From the human T2T-CHM13v2.0 reference genome, Homo sapiens, in NCBI RefSeq assembly GCF_009914755.1, contig NC_060932.1: DNA of 64,000 nt; one strand, written 5' to 3'. Position numbers and translations under genes: made by a program. Shown piece after piece: positions 1 through 13,330 of the stretch (positions within the stretch are counted from its first letter, which is position 1; every line of letters begins with the position of its first letter). Below the pieces are notes generated by a model that did no database searches, was not told the origin of the DNA, and saw nothing but the letters and a program-made list of their open reading frames with translations.

Positions 1-545
1 CAATTTCATCTCTGGATATATGCTCAAAAGAATTGAAGACAGGGTTGTGAAGACCTGTTCATAGCAGCCATAGCCAATAGGTAGAAGCTTATTGTCAAAT
101 GTCCACCTACAGATGAATGGATAAACAAAATGTAATATATACATGCAATGGAATATTATTTAGCTTTAAAAAGGAGGAAATTCTGATATATGCTACAGTA
201 TGCATGAACCTTGAGGATATTATGCTAAGTGAAATAAACCCCTCACAAAAAGACAAATATGATTCCACTTATGTGAGGTATCTAGAGTAGCCAAACTACT
301 CTAGACATGAGATATCTAGGCGTATCTAAAAATGGAAAGTAGAATGCTGGTTGCCAGGAGTTAGATGCGGTGGAAAATTGAGAGTAATTGTTTAACGAGT
401 ATAAAGTTTCGATTTTGCAAGATGAAAAAGTTCTGGAAATTGGTTGCACAACACTGTGAATGTACTTAACACTACTGAACTGTAGACTCAAAAATAGGAT
501 GGTAAATTTTATGTTTTATGCATTTTAACCATAATTTTAAAAAAT
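1..545 (+). mobile_element. Old L1 (L1MB-like) 3' end
   Basis: Typical L1M 3' motifs (gaatggataaacaaaatg; atgaaccttgaggatattatgctaagtgaaataa; gatgaaaaagttctgga) ending in an A-rich tail. Confidence 0.85.
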
Positions 546-559
546 AATAAATTAAAAAA

Positions 560-1585
560 TATGTCAGATCATGAGGTAGATCTTCTTCAAACCCACCCAT
601 AAATGTCCTTTTCACTCAGAATAAAGTCCAGAATTCATATCAGAACCTTCAAAATGTTATATGATCTGCACATCTCTGCCCACCACCCACCCCTGACCTC
701 ATCTTCTACTAGTCAGTCTTTGTCTCAATTTGCCATTGTTTTCCCACTGATCCTTGAGCTAGTCAAAAGTGTTTCTCACTTGGGTCCTTCACACGTGATG
801 TTTTCTGAGATATTTATATGACTCCATTTCCCCTCTTCAGAGAAGCATTTCCTGTCCACCCTATTTAAAAAGAACGCTCTTCTCATCAGTTGTCAGCTCC
901 TTACTTGGTTTATTTTTTTTCATATCCCTTAACAACACTTAATATATAGTATTTCATTTTTGTACTATTTTCCTCTCCCTATGAGAATATAAACCAAAAA
1001 ACTATTTAATGTCCTATGGTCAATCAAAAAGTCTTATAAAAATTTATGATTGGCTGGGCTCAGTGGCTCACGCCTGTAATCCCAGCACTTTGGGAGGCCG
1101 AGGCGGGTGGATCACGAGGTCAGGAGATCAAGACGGTTAATACGGTGAAACCTCGTCTCTGCTAAAACTACAAAAGATTAGCCGGGCTTTGTGGCGGGCA
1201 CCTGTAGTCCCAGCTACTCAGGAGGCTGAGGCAGGAGAATGGCGTGAATACAGGAGGCGGAGCTAGCAGTGAGCCGAGATCGCACCACTGCCCTCCAGCC
1301 TGGGCGACAGAGCAAGACTCCAACTCAAAAAAAAAAAAAAAAATGTGATTAACTGGTGAGGGAAGAAGAGGAGAGTAGAGGCAAGGTGATTGGGCTGTCT
1401 TGGAAGTTAAATGAAACAAGTATTTTATCAAAGAGGTAGTGATCAGTTTCTGCAAAACGAAAAAAAAAACCAAATATTTTACTTTTTACACAGTACTATT
1501 ACATTTCCAGCAGCAGAATAGTGTCTGATACATAACTGAAGCTTGACAAATAATTGTTAAATAAATGAATAAGTAGATGAATAAA
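560..1585 (+). mobile_element. L2 fragments interrupted by AluY
   Basis: tcactcagaataaagtcc-type L2 motif; L2 3' tail (aataaatgaataa) at ~1550-1585. Confidence 0.55.
1052..1343 (+). mobile_element. AluY
   Basis: Alu dimer with ggatcacgaggtcaggagatc and gagaatggcgtgaa diagnostics; poly(A) tail. Confidence 0.95.
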
Positions 1586-2320
1586 TTGTATAAATTAAGT
1601 GTTCCAATTCCTGGTACAATTATATTTTTCAAAATATATATTTTTCAAATTTATATTCTGATATGGGAGGCTTTGTTTAAAGCTACAAATAGACATATTG
1701 GTTTCAAGTGCTGATAAATTGCATTTTTTGTCATCAAGACCAAGGTAGATGATAAATAATGATAGATGTCTTTAAAATAATACATTCTATCTCCTTATGT
1801 CTTCAGAAACCACCTAGGGTTTCTACTCCATGGGTTGCTTTTCCTTCACCTGATAATGTCTGAGTATCCAACTGATGTTTCTACTCTTCTTCCCTCTGCA
1901 GTTGATCATAAGACTTTTTGATTGATTGACTATAACCAGTAATGGTGCCAATTTACTAGAGTCCCATTAAAAATAGGATCCTATAATGTCCTAAGAGTAA
2001 GAAATATATTTAGTTGAATATTTTTGTTTTGAAAGAATTGTATTATATACTGTGTATATAAAGCATATATATAGTTTAAAAAGTGATAATATTCACACAT
2101 GTTCACAAACCCAGCTTGGTAAATAGAGCATTACTATACCTTTGAATCTCATGTTCTCCTTCCAGATCATGATCCCCCTGCCCCTCTGATAGTAACATTT
2201 TACTATCCTCACAAAAAATGTTATCACATGTGTATAACTTTTAAAACACTACTGAATTTTAAATGTATTTTAATATTAGCATTTGAGGGAAAAAAAACAG
2301 TTAAAACATTGTTAAAATAG

Positions 2321-2636
2321 GGCCAGGCGCTGTGTCTCATGCCTGTAATCCTGTCACTTCGGGAGGCTGAGGCAGGTGGATCACCTGAGGTCAGGAGTTT
2401 GAGACCAGCCTGGCCAACATGGTGAAACCCCATCTCTATTAAAAATACAAAAAAAAAAAAAAAAATGGGCCAGGCATGGTGGCAGGCACCTGTAATCTCA
2501 GCTACTCAGGAGGCCAAGGTAGGAGAATTGCTTGAACCAGCAGGCAGAGGTTATAGTGAAACGAGATCACGCCACTGCACTCCAGCCTGCGTGACACAGC
2601 AAGACTCTGTCTCAAAAAAAAAAAAAAAAAAAAAAA
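2321..2636 (+). mobile_element. AluS (Sx-like)
   Basis: Full dimer with ggatcacctgaggtcaggagttt; expanded middle A-tract; poly(A). Confidence 0.95.
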
Positions 2637-2719
2637 GTCGTTCAAATAATATAAGTAAGAACACCTGCAGAGATGAAGAAGCTGAGAAACAGCTCAGCGG
2701 ACTTAAATTGGGAAGGGAG

Positions 2720-3900
2720 CATAATTAGTATTATTTATTTGTTCCTACAAGTATATTTTTTACATGTACATTTTTCTAGGGGCTGCAGATACAAAGATGA
2801 ACAGCTGCCCCCCTCACAACCATTTCACAAAACAAAAAATGACAATATCCCTGCTGTCATGAAGCTTATAGTTACTAATCAAAGATTGACACAAATTGAC
2901 ATAAAATTACAACTTCGATTAGTGTTTGTAAATAAAATGCATGGAGTTCAGAGAGAAGTAAACATACTAGTCACTTCGTAGATCAGAGAGGCTTCTCAGA
3001 TAAAATAATAACCAAGTATTATTCTGAAAGGAGAGTAAGAATTGACTGGAGAGAGAAGCTGAGGTGGAAGGGTGGTGATGAAGGCTGCAGACCTCAGGTT
3101 TGAGGCAGGAAGTAACGTGGGGCTTTCTAGAAACTGAAAGAAGGAAGGCCTGTGAGCCAGGAGAAAACATTGGGTAGTAGACTTTGTCAAGACTTAGAGC
3201 ATTTAGAAATTTAGGTCCTTTTTTTTTTTTTGAAAAGCAATGGAAGTCTATGGTATAATACTTTGTGCTTGGGGGTAGTGGTAAGAGAGGGGTGAACAGA
3301 CGAGCTTTACAAAAGCATCAGTTTCACTGCAGATTGAAAAGGAACCATAGTGAGTCCAAAGAAACGGTTAGTATGCTATTATAGTAGTCCAGGAAAACGA
3401 TTATGATAGTTTTAAGGACTAGAATTACGAACAAATTTGATACATACTTAGAAAATAAAATTAAACATGAAAGTAGTCAGTGAGTTAGTATAAGGGTTAT
3501 AATGCTAACTGCTGCATAAAGTATTTCTTCAGAATATTTAATGGAGCAGCAAGAGTGGGAATAATTGACCAACTAATGTGGAAGGAGACTAGATTATGGT
3601 TAGAGAGAATACATGGCTTATGAAGGAAGCAGCGATGGCAAAGATTGAGAGAGTGAGGTGAAAAGCAAAAGGAGAAGGAAGGAATTTGAAACTGACGCAG
3701 GGTAAGACAGTGGGGTTCAAACACTGGACGGTTCATGCATATCAACATGGAAGTCACCCAAGGTAATGGAGTTGAAGACTGAGAACTAGATACAATGTCT
3801 CGGATAAGTAAAAGAAATGAGCTTTTGGGAGGCAATATTTAATGGACAGAGAGAGAAGCTTGCCAATGAGCCTGAGAAGCAGCACACAATTTTTTTTGTA
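2720..3900 (-). mobile_element. Degenerate L2 fragments
   Basis: Purine-rich L2 antisense motifs (tagtagtccagg, tttgatacatacttagaaaataaaatt). Confidence 0.45.
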
Positions 3901-4134
3901 TGGGTGGAGGACAGTCTATGTACAATGTAATTTTTTCTGTGAGGAATAAAATCAGTCTGGCAATAGAAACAGACTAAGTGTATAGAGCTGGATGACACAG
4001 GGTCAGTGTCATCTTTAAGTATGACTAGTTGCAGTATAATTGAAAACAGGGGATGACTAACACTTGTCCCAATTCTTCCATTTACATTTACTTCTTTATG
4101 TCACATCCATTTCAATATCTCCCACAAATGCTGA

Positions 4135-4498
<364 letters not shown>

Positions 4499-4641
4499 CA
4501 GTTGCTGTAATTGCGTTACTGCCTTTCTAGTTGTGTTGCAGGAGGAAATTAGGTCTCCATACTTTAATTCTCATAATATCATTCTAGAAAGCTGTATATA
4601 TGCAATAGAACTACCTGAAGGCTTAGGGCATGCCTGTGTAC

Positions 4642-4665
4642 GTGTGTGTGTGTGTGTGTGTGTGT
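4642..4665. repeat. (TG)n microsatellite
   Basis: Direct inspection. Confidence 0.9.
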
Positions 4666-5040
4666 TTGCGTTTGTGCCCAGCTCCAGCTATCTAGGGCCT
4701 CTTGTATTAAGGTTCACCCTTAACATTCCTCCACAGGAGATTTTTTTGGACCACTCTTTCAGGGAGTCTCCATAAACAAAGTCGTGTGTAGTCAATTCAA
4801 CATAATTTTAGTGACAGGCCATTATTCATCATTGTGCTTTTCTTGTATATTTAATACTAACATTTGAAATCTGAATAAAACAGAAATTTCTAAAAGATTG
4901 AGTTACAATTAATTACCCAACTGATCAATTAGTCAATCAACAATAATATTTAGTAGTATCTTATGCAATGTATAACATTAGAAAACACTGTTGGATGCAG
5001 AAAAGAATCAGAGTCATTCCTCCCTTCAAGAAACTTTTAT

Positions 5041-5437
5041 GGCTAGGTGTGGTGGCTCATACCTGTAATTCTAGCACTTTGGGAGACCAAGACTGGAGGA
5101 TTGCTTGAGCAGGAGTTTGAGATCAACTTGGGCAAGAGAAGAGAGACTCTGTCTCTACAATTTATTTTTTAATTAACCAGGTGTGGTGGCTTGCGCCTAT
5201 AGTCATAGCTACTGGGGAGCTGAGGCAGGGTATCCCTTGAGCCCAGCAGTTCAAGTTTACAGTAAGCTCTGATGACACCATTACACTCTAGCCTGGGCAA
5301 CAGAGAAAAAGCCTGTCGAAAAGAAGAAAACAGAAAAGAAAAGAGATAAGAAAGGAGGGAAGAGGAGGGAACAGAAAGAAAAGAAAAGAAAAGGAAGGGA
5401 GGAAGGAAGGAAGAAAGGAAGGCAGGCAGGCAGGAAG
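5041..5437 (+). mobile_element. AluJ with GA-rich expanded tail
   Basis: ggaggattgcttgagc AluJ diagnostics; (GAAA/GGAA)n tail at 5320-5437. Confidence 0.85.
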
Positions 5438-8400
5438 GTTTAATCTAATCAAATAAAACACACATATATGTCATATATGCACATAAAAGAGTCCATTTAT
5501 TGAGCTGCCATTTATGAATATCCACTATTGGCAAGGAACTGTGATAGAAATATATGTCATTTCTAATCTATCAAGGTAGATAGTTTTATCCTCATTTAAC
5601 ATTTGCAGAAACTAAAGCTCAGATTTTTGATGATAAAAAGTTAACTTTTAGTATTAGAAAATTAATTCATTCATTTTAATAACAGTAAATGGCATTTTGA
5701 TTAAACGGTAATATAGTTAAGCGCAGAAAATTTCAAAATTGAAAACGTACAGAACTTACTTTCTGACAAAAATAAAATTAAGTCAGAAATTTTTAAAGTA
5801 CTAAAAAGAGATATAAAATAATTCTAAATTATCAGTAGTTGATTTAGAATCAGTGTAAGCATTTAGAAAATACTTAGCACTGGTGATAATAAAAGTTATT
5901 CAGAGCAAAACGTGTGGTATGCAGTGAAAGAAAAACATAAATATTTTCATCAGAAAAGGAGGAAGTCTATAAATAATGGCTTATACATCTAATTAATGAA
6001 GCTACAAAAAGAAAAATGCAAAGACAGAATAAAAAAAGAATAATAAAAAGCAGAATTTAATATTTTAACCTATGATGAAATAAAGAAGATCTGGAAAGCT
6101 AAATTTGTTTTAAACAGCATCTTGCAAGACTGATAAAGAATGTACATTAAAATGTATTAGAAGTAAAGCCCAGACATGTAAATGCAGCAGAGATTTTCCA
6201 AATTATGAGTGAGTATTATGAGAAACTAGATGGAAATAATTTTTAAAACATGAAACAAATGATTTTTAAAAATATATAACTTACCAAAATTGAGCCAAAA
6301 AAATAGAATATCAGCCAGAAACCTAAGATTTCTTAACAAAAACTCTTGGGAATATTTTTTGTTTTGAAATTAAAGAGTTTTTCAGATTTTAGAGCATGAT
6401 ATGCTGCATATATTTTATATTGTATAACACTGTTCATATGTAAACACATATTTCTGATTGTAGCACTCCAATTACAGAAATTAGAACTACACAATCATTA
6501 AAGAAATGGAAGCAATATTTTAAAATGTATCTACAAAGTAAACACTAAGATCAGTTTATAGACTAGTTTTGAACACAGATTTCAGAAATGGAAAATTACT
6601 ATCTTGTACATGCCTATAACGTAATAAAAAAGGAAAGCCTTTTTCCAACTTTTCCTTTTTTCATGGCATTAGTTTAACGTTGATGGCAAAAACAGAAAAT
6701 AACCCTGTAAAAATGAAACATTATAAGCTGATCTCTCCTACATACAAAACAAGATGGGAACATCTTTTTTAGATATTAGCAAATCAAATCTAATAAAATA
6801 ATAACACAGCCAAGTTAGATTTATTCTAGAAATGCAAAGTTAATTCAGCACTAGAAAATATATTAATATAATTTATTGCATTTACAAGTTAAAGACAAAA
6901 GTATGATAATCCCCACAGATTCATAAAACAACCATTCATGAATTAAAACAAAACATGTTTAGTAACATAGGAATAAAAGAGAACTTCTCTAATGTGATAA
7001 AAATCTGGAAAAAAATAACATTTAATAGGTTAAAATAATTCATCTCTTAAAGAATATGACAATGATATCCACTGTCCTGATTGCTATTCCATATCATTCT
7101 AAAAAGATTAGCCAGAATAAGAAGAAAGGAAAAAACATAAGATTTTTGAGAAGGAAACAAAGCTATCAGCATATACAGGTGTGTTGTTTTCAACACGGAA
7201 GCCCCAAAAGAATCTTCAGACAGAATTAATAAGAGTGATTGGGATGGTTGCTACAGATATAAGATGAATTATATGAAATTTGTCCACATTAGAAAATAAA
7301 ATAAACTCATATGAAAATATTTGTTATCTCTGAGCACAGCAAAAAATATAAGGTAGTAAAAATAAATCTCACAACATATGTAGACGTTTTTTATAAAATC
7401 ATAACCTTTATTGAAACATGTTAAAGACCTAAATAACTTGAATCATATATAGAAACATCCAGGAATGTAAAAGTGTACCTTTTCCAAGAAAATGATGTAA
7501 AAATTCAATTCTATTTCAATTAAAATTTCTACCAATTATTTTCATGAAGCTTGAAAAGCTGGTTCTTAGATTCATATGAACAATTAAAGAGAAGAGACAG
7601 TGGTAGCAAACTGGAACTCTGCTGGCTACACGGGTGTCCTCTAAGTCCATGGAGGGAGACTGCCTTCTCTAGAGAAGAACTATCTTAGAAAAGTTATTTC
7701 AGTAACTAATGCCCCAAATAAAGTCCAAAACTCTCTAATTTATAATTAATTCAGAGATATATTTTGGCTCTAGTATATTTTATTAGAAAAGAAGTCAATA
7801 TTCTGACAAAGTCTCCAGCATCTCAGTCAAATGTATGTAATTGCAAAATAGGGAAAATTAGTTTATAATTTTTTAGATCACTAAATAGTAACAAGGTAAT
7901 TTCATATTCTCTCGGTCTCTGTGAGAGAATAAAATTATTTCATTTGTATACCAATTGGCTTGAAAACAAAGAACATATCCAGACATAGACGACGAAACAT
8001 ATGTGGCAACCTAATATATGAGCGAAATTGGAAATGAGAAAATAGTTTTCAATAATGAAAGTTAGAAAAATTAGTTAGCCAAATGAATAACCACAAAAGA
8101 AAATGAGAGAGAAGGAGAGAGAACAAGATTAAGAGAGGCCAGGGAAAAGAAAGAAAGGAGAATAAAAGGAAGGAAAGGAAAATAAAGGAAAGGTAGAAAA
8201 GAAGGAAAGGGAGGTATTGACGTTTTACTTTTCGCTATTCATGAAAATAAAACCCAAATAAGTACATAAGAGTGAAAGGGAAACTTTATTAGAAAAAAAT
8301 CTAAGAAAAAAATTGATTTGGAAATAAGGGTTTTCTAATCAAGACATAATCTCAAATCACTGAAGTGATATTTGAGGAATTATACTTAAGAACTTATGTT

Positions 8401-8479
8401 CATGAAGATATCATTAAAAAAGGATCAGAAAGCCACAGATTTAATAAAAATATTGTAACTCATATATAGTAATTGAGAT

Positions 8480-8885
8480 TCCTGTGATAATGCTGTGTAA
8501 AAAATAATTCTAGTAATCAACTACTGAAATTATTTCAGTAGTTTTCAATAACAAGCATTTATTTTCCACTCATATGTCTACAGGGGAGTGATGAGATGTA
8601 GGAAGTCTGAGTTGGGCTGCACTTGGTCAAGAATGCTTTAGGTCAGCTCCACGTGTTTCCTCCATCTGAGAAAAGTAGCTGCTCAGCACATACAGAGACT
8701 TATGGCAGAAGATGAGATAGCAAGACAGCTGTCAGCTATTTAGTATTCCTCCTATCATGTTAGCTTAGAACAGAGACATTGTGACTTCCATTCACACTCC
8801 AAAATAAGACAAAGGGCCAAGCTCAACCTGTCCTGTTCCAAATAAGAGAGAAACATATTTGTTAAACAATGATTCAATCTACCAT
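8480..8885. mobile_element. MaLR LTR (MLT1-type)
   Basis: acaagcatttattttccactcatatg...tcagctccacgtgtttcctcc...caatctacca resembles MLT1J/K. Confidence 0.5.
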
Positions 8886-9438
8886 AGACATAGTCAACAA
8901 GTCCCATTTCTAGAATAAACAATCATAGTGAACTGATATGGGAAAAAGAGAGTAACTGGCAGAAAACATGAATAGGCAATTTACAGAGAGGAAACATAAA
9001 GGGCCCAATCTCATTGGTAATCAAGAAAATTCAAACTAAAGCTACAGAAGAATACCATTTGTTAATATCATATTTATAAAAATTTAAAAGTTTAACAAAA
9101 GCATGTGTAAGTGGGAATGAGAAACATGTCTATTGTGAGTTTGAAATGGTAACTCTCTTTGGAAGTTAATTTGGCACAGCTGAAAAGCTAAAGGCGTTCT
9201 TTGCCTCATGACCTTTTAATATACCCTAGAAATTTCTGCACATCTACAGCTGGAGACATGTGCAAGAATGTTGATGGCTGTGTATTTTATAATAACAAAA
9301 CATGGATATATTCCAAATATTTTTGATAGAACAGACTGTAAATGGAAGTATACTAAATTGATGTCTATACAGCAATGATAGATCAATGAAATAAAATATG
9401 GATAACTCTAAAAAATACAATTTAAGGCAAAAATATGA

Positions 9439-9822
<384 letters not shown>

Positions 9823-10249
9823 TAAATGCTGTGTTTTTAAGTTTATGCACATGTGGTCACATTTTATGTGAGAATAGTGGTTACTTGTAGGGTGTTAGGG
9901 GAAACATGACCTGGGAGGAGTGCATGGGATTCAAAAGTATAGTAATGCCTGATTTGTCAAGCTGAGTTTTTGAACATGTGAATATTATCACTTTTTAAAC
10001 TATACAAGTGGTTTATACGCACAGTATAAAATACAATTCTTTCAAAACAACAAAAAAAGTTCAACTTAATAAATTCCTTTACTCATGACATCTGAGAGTC
10101 CTGTTTGAGTGGTACTCTAGTAAATTAACACCATCATTGGTTGTTTGATATGGCTCTTTGTGGCTTGAAACAAGCCCTCCAAAATCAGAATGCCAGAGCA
10201 TTAATTTAAAATGAAAAATATAATTTTACTAGGAATTAGGTTATTTAGT

Positions 10250-10900
10250 TCACACAATTTATTCATCTACTTCTTTATTTATTTAACAAATGTTTGAAAA
10301 GTTCCAGTTCTGTATCAGGCACTAGTCTGCTGCTAGGAATGTGTCAGTGCTGCATGAAAAATAAAGTCTCTGATTTTTGCTGTTTATATTCTTATAGGGA
10401 GAGGAAAATAGTACAAAAACTAAATATTATATATGAAGTGGTGATAAGGATATGAAGAACACTAAATCGAAGCAAGAACTCAGTTTTGAGAAGAGGTTGC
10501 TGTATAGATAGGGTAGACAGGAAATGCTTCTTAGAGCAGTGAATTGAAGAGAGAAAACTGAGTCACGTAAATATCTTGGGAAAGATCACTTGTGAAGGAC
10601 CCAAGTGAGAACCATTTTTGACCAGCTAAAGAGACAGCAGGGAAAAAAATGACAAAATAAGACAGATACTAAGTAGAAGAAGATGAGATCAGGAGTGGGT
10701 CGTGGGTCAGGAGATGTGCAGATCATATAACGTCTTGAAAATTCTGATAAGAATGTTGGTCTTTACTCTGAGTGAGAAGAAAATATATGGTTACTGCCAG
10801 TAGGTCAGTGTATTTGAAGAGGATGGTTGTGGGGCAGGGGGTGAAATGAAGGGTGGTGAGAAGAGATTAGAGAGAAAGACAGGACTCAGATCCTCGTGTG
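10250..10900 (-). mobile_element. L2 fragment
   Basis: atttatttaacaaatgtttg...ggcactagtctgctgctagg L2 3' antisense; ctttactctgagtgaga. Confidence 0.6.
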
Positions 10901-10964
10901 TCTTTTTAGAGAATGTGGAATTTATATTGATGATCCATTGGTGAACTACTGCATGCCCCGTAAC

Positions 10965-11300
10965 ATGCCATGTGCCACATAACATTTCACGCAACATCAG
11001 ACCACATATACAGTGGTCCCATAAGATTATAATACTGTGTTCTTAATGTACCTTTTGTATGTTCAGATATGTTTAGATACACAAATACTTATTATTGTGT
11101 TACAATTGCCTACAGTATTCAGTACATTAATATGCTGAACAGGTTTGTAGCCTGGGAACCATTGATTATACCATGTGGCCTAGATGTGTTGTAGGCTGTG
11201 CCATTGAGATTTGTGTTAGTGCACTCCATCATTTTCACACAATGACAAAATTGCCTAACAATGAATTCTCAGAACGTATAAAATACAGTGACACGACTGA
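10965..11300 (+). mobile_element. Tigger3a/MER7A DNA transposon MITE
   Basis: ggtcccataagattataatactg...tttagatacacaaatactt...ttacaattgcctacagtattcagtac matches the recalled MER7A consensus. Confidence 0.8.
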
Positions 11301-13129
11301 ATTTTAAAAAGGAAAATCATATTATTGATTTGTATTTCCAAAAGATCATTTGAGAAACTGATGGAGTACAGTTTGTGGGAAAATGACTTGGCAGTAAAGT
11401 AGCTGTCATTATAATATTTCAATATTTGCTAACTGAGTAAATGAGAGGAAGAATAAATTAACATCTATGTTTACTTCTTTTCTTCTTTCAGTAAAATGAG
11501 CCCTTCATCTTGTCTAATACTCATCACTTCACCTATGTGCTAAATTCCATTCTTTCCAGTCATCTTCTGACAATTTTGATTCACAAATATTGCCCCCTCT
11601 CTCCTTTTATTTTGAACCTGTCTATGCAGCAGCACCATATTTTTAACATGTGAATATTCTCAAACTAGTGTTTCCAATCAGAAGCAGCAACAGCAGGTAC
11701 TTCATCCTATATCCTAATCTAGAATTTCAACTTTTTTCTTCTCTCCTGAACCTTCCTCTTTGCAATAAGAGTTGGCATTCTTATCTTGACTGTGTCACCA
11801 ACGTTTTTCATTTTTTTCCTCAACTCTTAGGAACCTGGTCTCTCACTCATTCTTCAGTTTTTTGTTGATGTTGTTTGTTTTCTTGTTTGTTTTTTTTTCT
11901 TGTCAAGAGTACTCATCACGTTCTATTTGCTAAATCTGAAATATTTGTCAGTCCTTATCTTATTTTGCCTCTTTACTTGACCTTTCTACTGACTTGACTT
12001 CTCCATGTCTAACGCTTAACATACCTGAGTCAGAGGTAAAACCCAATTTTCCCTTCATTAGTTAAGCCAATCAATACAGAAAATATATGAATGTGTTTGA
12101 TTATTGTACTTTCGTCTGTTTTTATTATCTATTTACTTAAATTAACATTGTCAATTAAACCGTTTGCAACTTGAGCAAAGATGTCTAGATGTTTTTCTAT
12201 TGATACTGATTATTCGGTATTAATAACCTCCCTTGACAAATATACAAAATTAGTATTTTAAAGTGTTTACAAAAATTCCATAAAATTAATTGATGCTATT
12301 AGAAATTTACCATCCAGTTTTAATATAATGTATTTCCTGATAATTTTTATGCTTCCTAAGTGATGATTTTTGTTTATTTAGCCACATCTATTTAACCAAA
12401 CATGACAATAAGGGCTATATAATATGTATATCAAAGCAATTTATTAAGCATACTACAGTCATTATGATAGCTCTAGAGGACACTGCAGCACAGAAAGTCA
12501 AAAGATTTTTTACCTTGGCCATACATTAGAAAAGAGTAAAACATCTCCAAAGTTTTAAAGGAAAAAATAGTAACAAACAGTTATTTAATCCCCAATTTGA
12601 CTCATATCCTTCTATTAGTCAAATATAAGAGAGGTTAATAAAAGAATAGTCCTCCAAAAAACTTTGAAATGCCCTTTGCGTACAGCTCTTGTTTCCCACT
12701 TAACTTTTCTCCATGTCAGCTGCTTTTGGGTGTGTGTTTGTTTGTTTTAATACTTCCACCACAGTAGTTCTACAGGTTAAAGTGTTACATGAAGTTGATT
12801 GCAGCTTAACTGCATTGTATTAAAACAAAAAAAGCATTAGCGCTTTATTCAGTTCCTCCAATAATAAAACATACAGCCATGAAAAAATAATATGAAAATT
12901 GTAAAAAGTCATACAATCAGAAAAAGCCTAAAAATGTTAAGCTTTATCATCATATCCTGGAATTTGTTAAATGAAGGTAGCATATATTTATTATCATATC
13001 CGTGGCATTTTTTTATAGAGCAGAGTAGAAGAGGAAAAAAGAGATGCTACCAAGAATAATTACAATTCTTTCCCTCAGCACACTGACAATTTTGTTGGGA
13101 AAAGTCAAGGAGAAGGTTAAGCCCTTATT

Positions 13130-13330
13130 ATGTGCAATGTGCTGTGCTGGACTTATTGAATGTATCATCCAACCTAATCTTGTAACCTCCTGAAAGGAAG
13201 CATTGTTTTTTTTTTTTTTTTTTTTTTACAAACCAGAAGAATGAAGCTAAAAAAAAGAGCAAATAACTTGGCCAACTCACAAATCTAGTAATCGACTTAC
13301 TTGGGATTCAAGCCTAGATCTACGTGAATT
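13130..13330 (+). mobile_element. MIR
   Basis: ttttacaaaccagaagaatgaagct...aataacttggccaactcac...gggattcaagcctag MIR core; strand uncertain. Confidence 0.55.
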
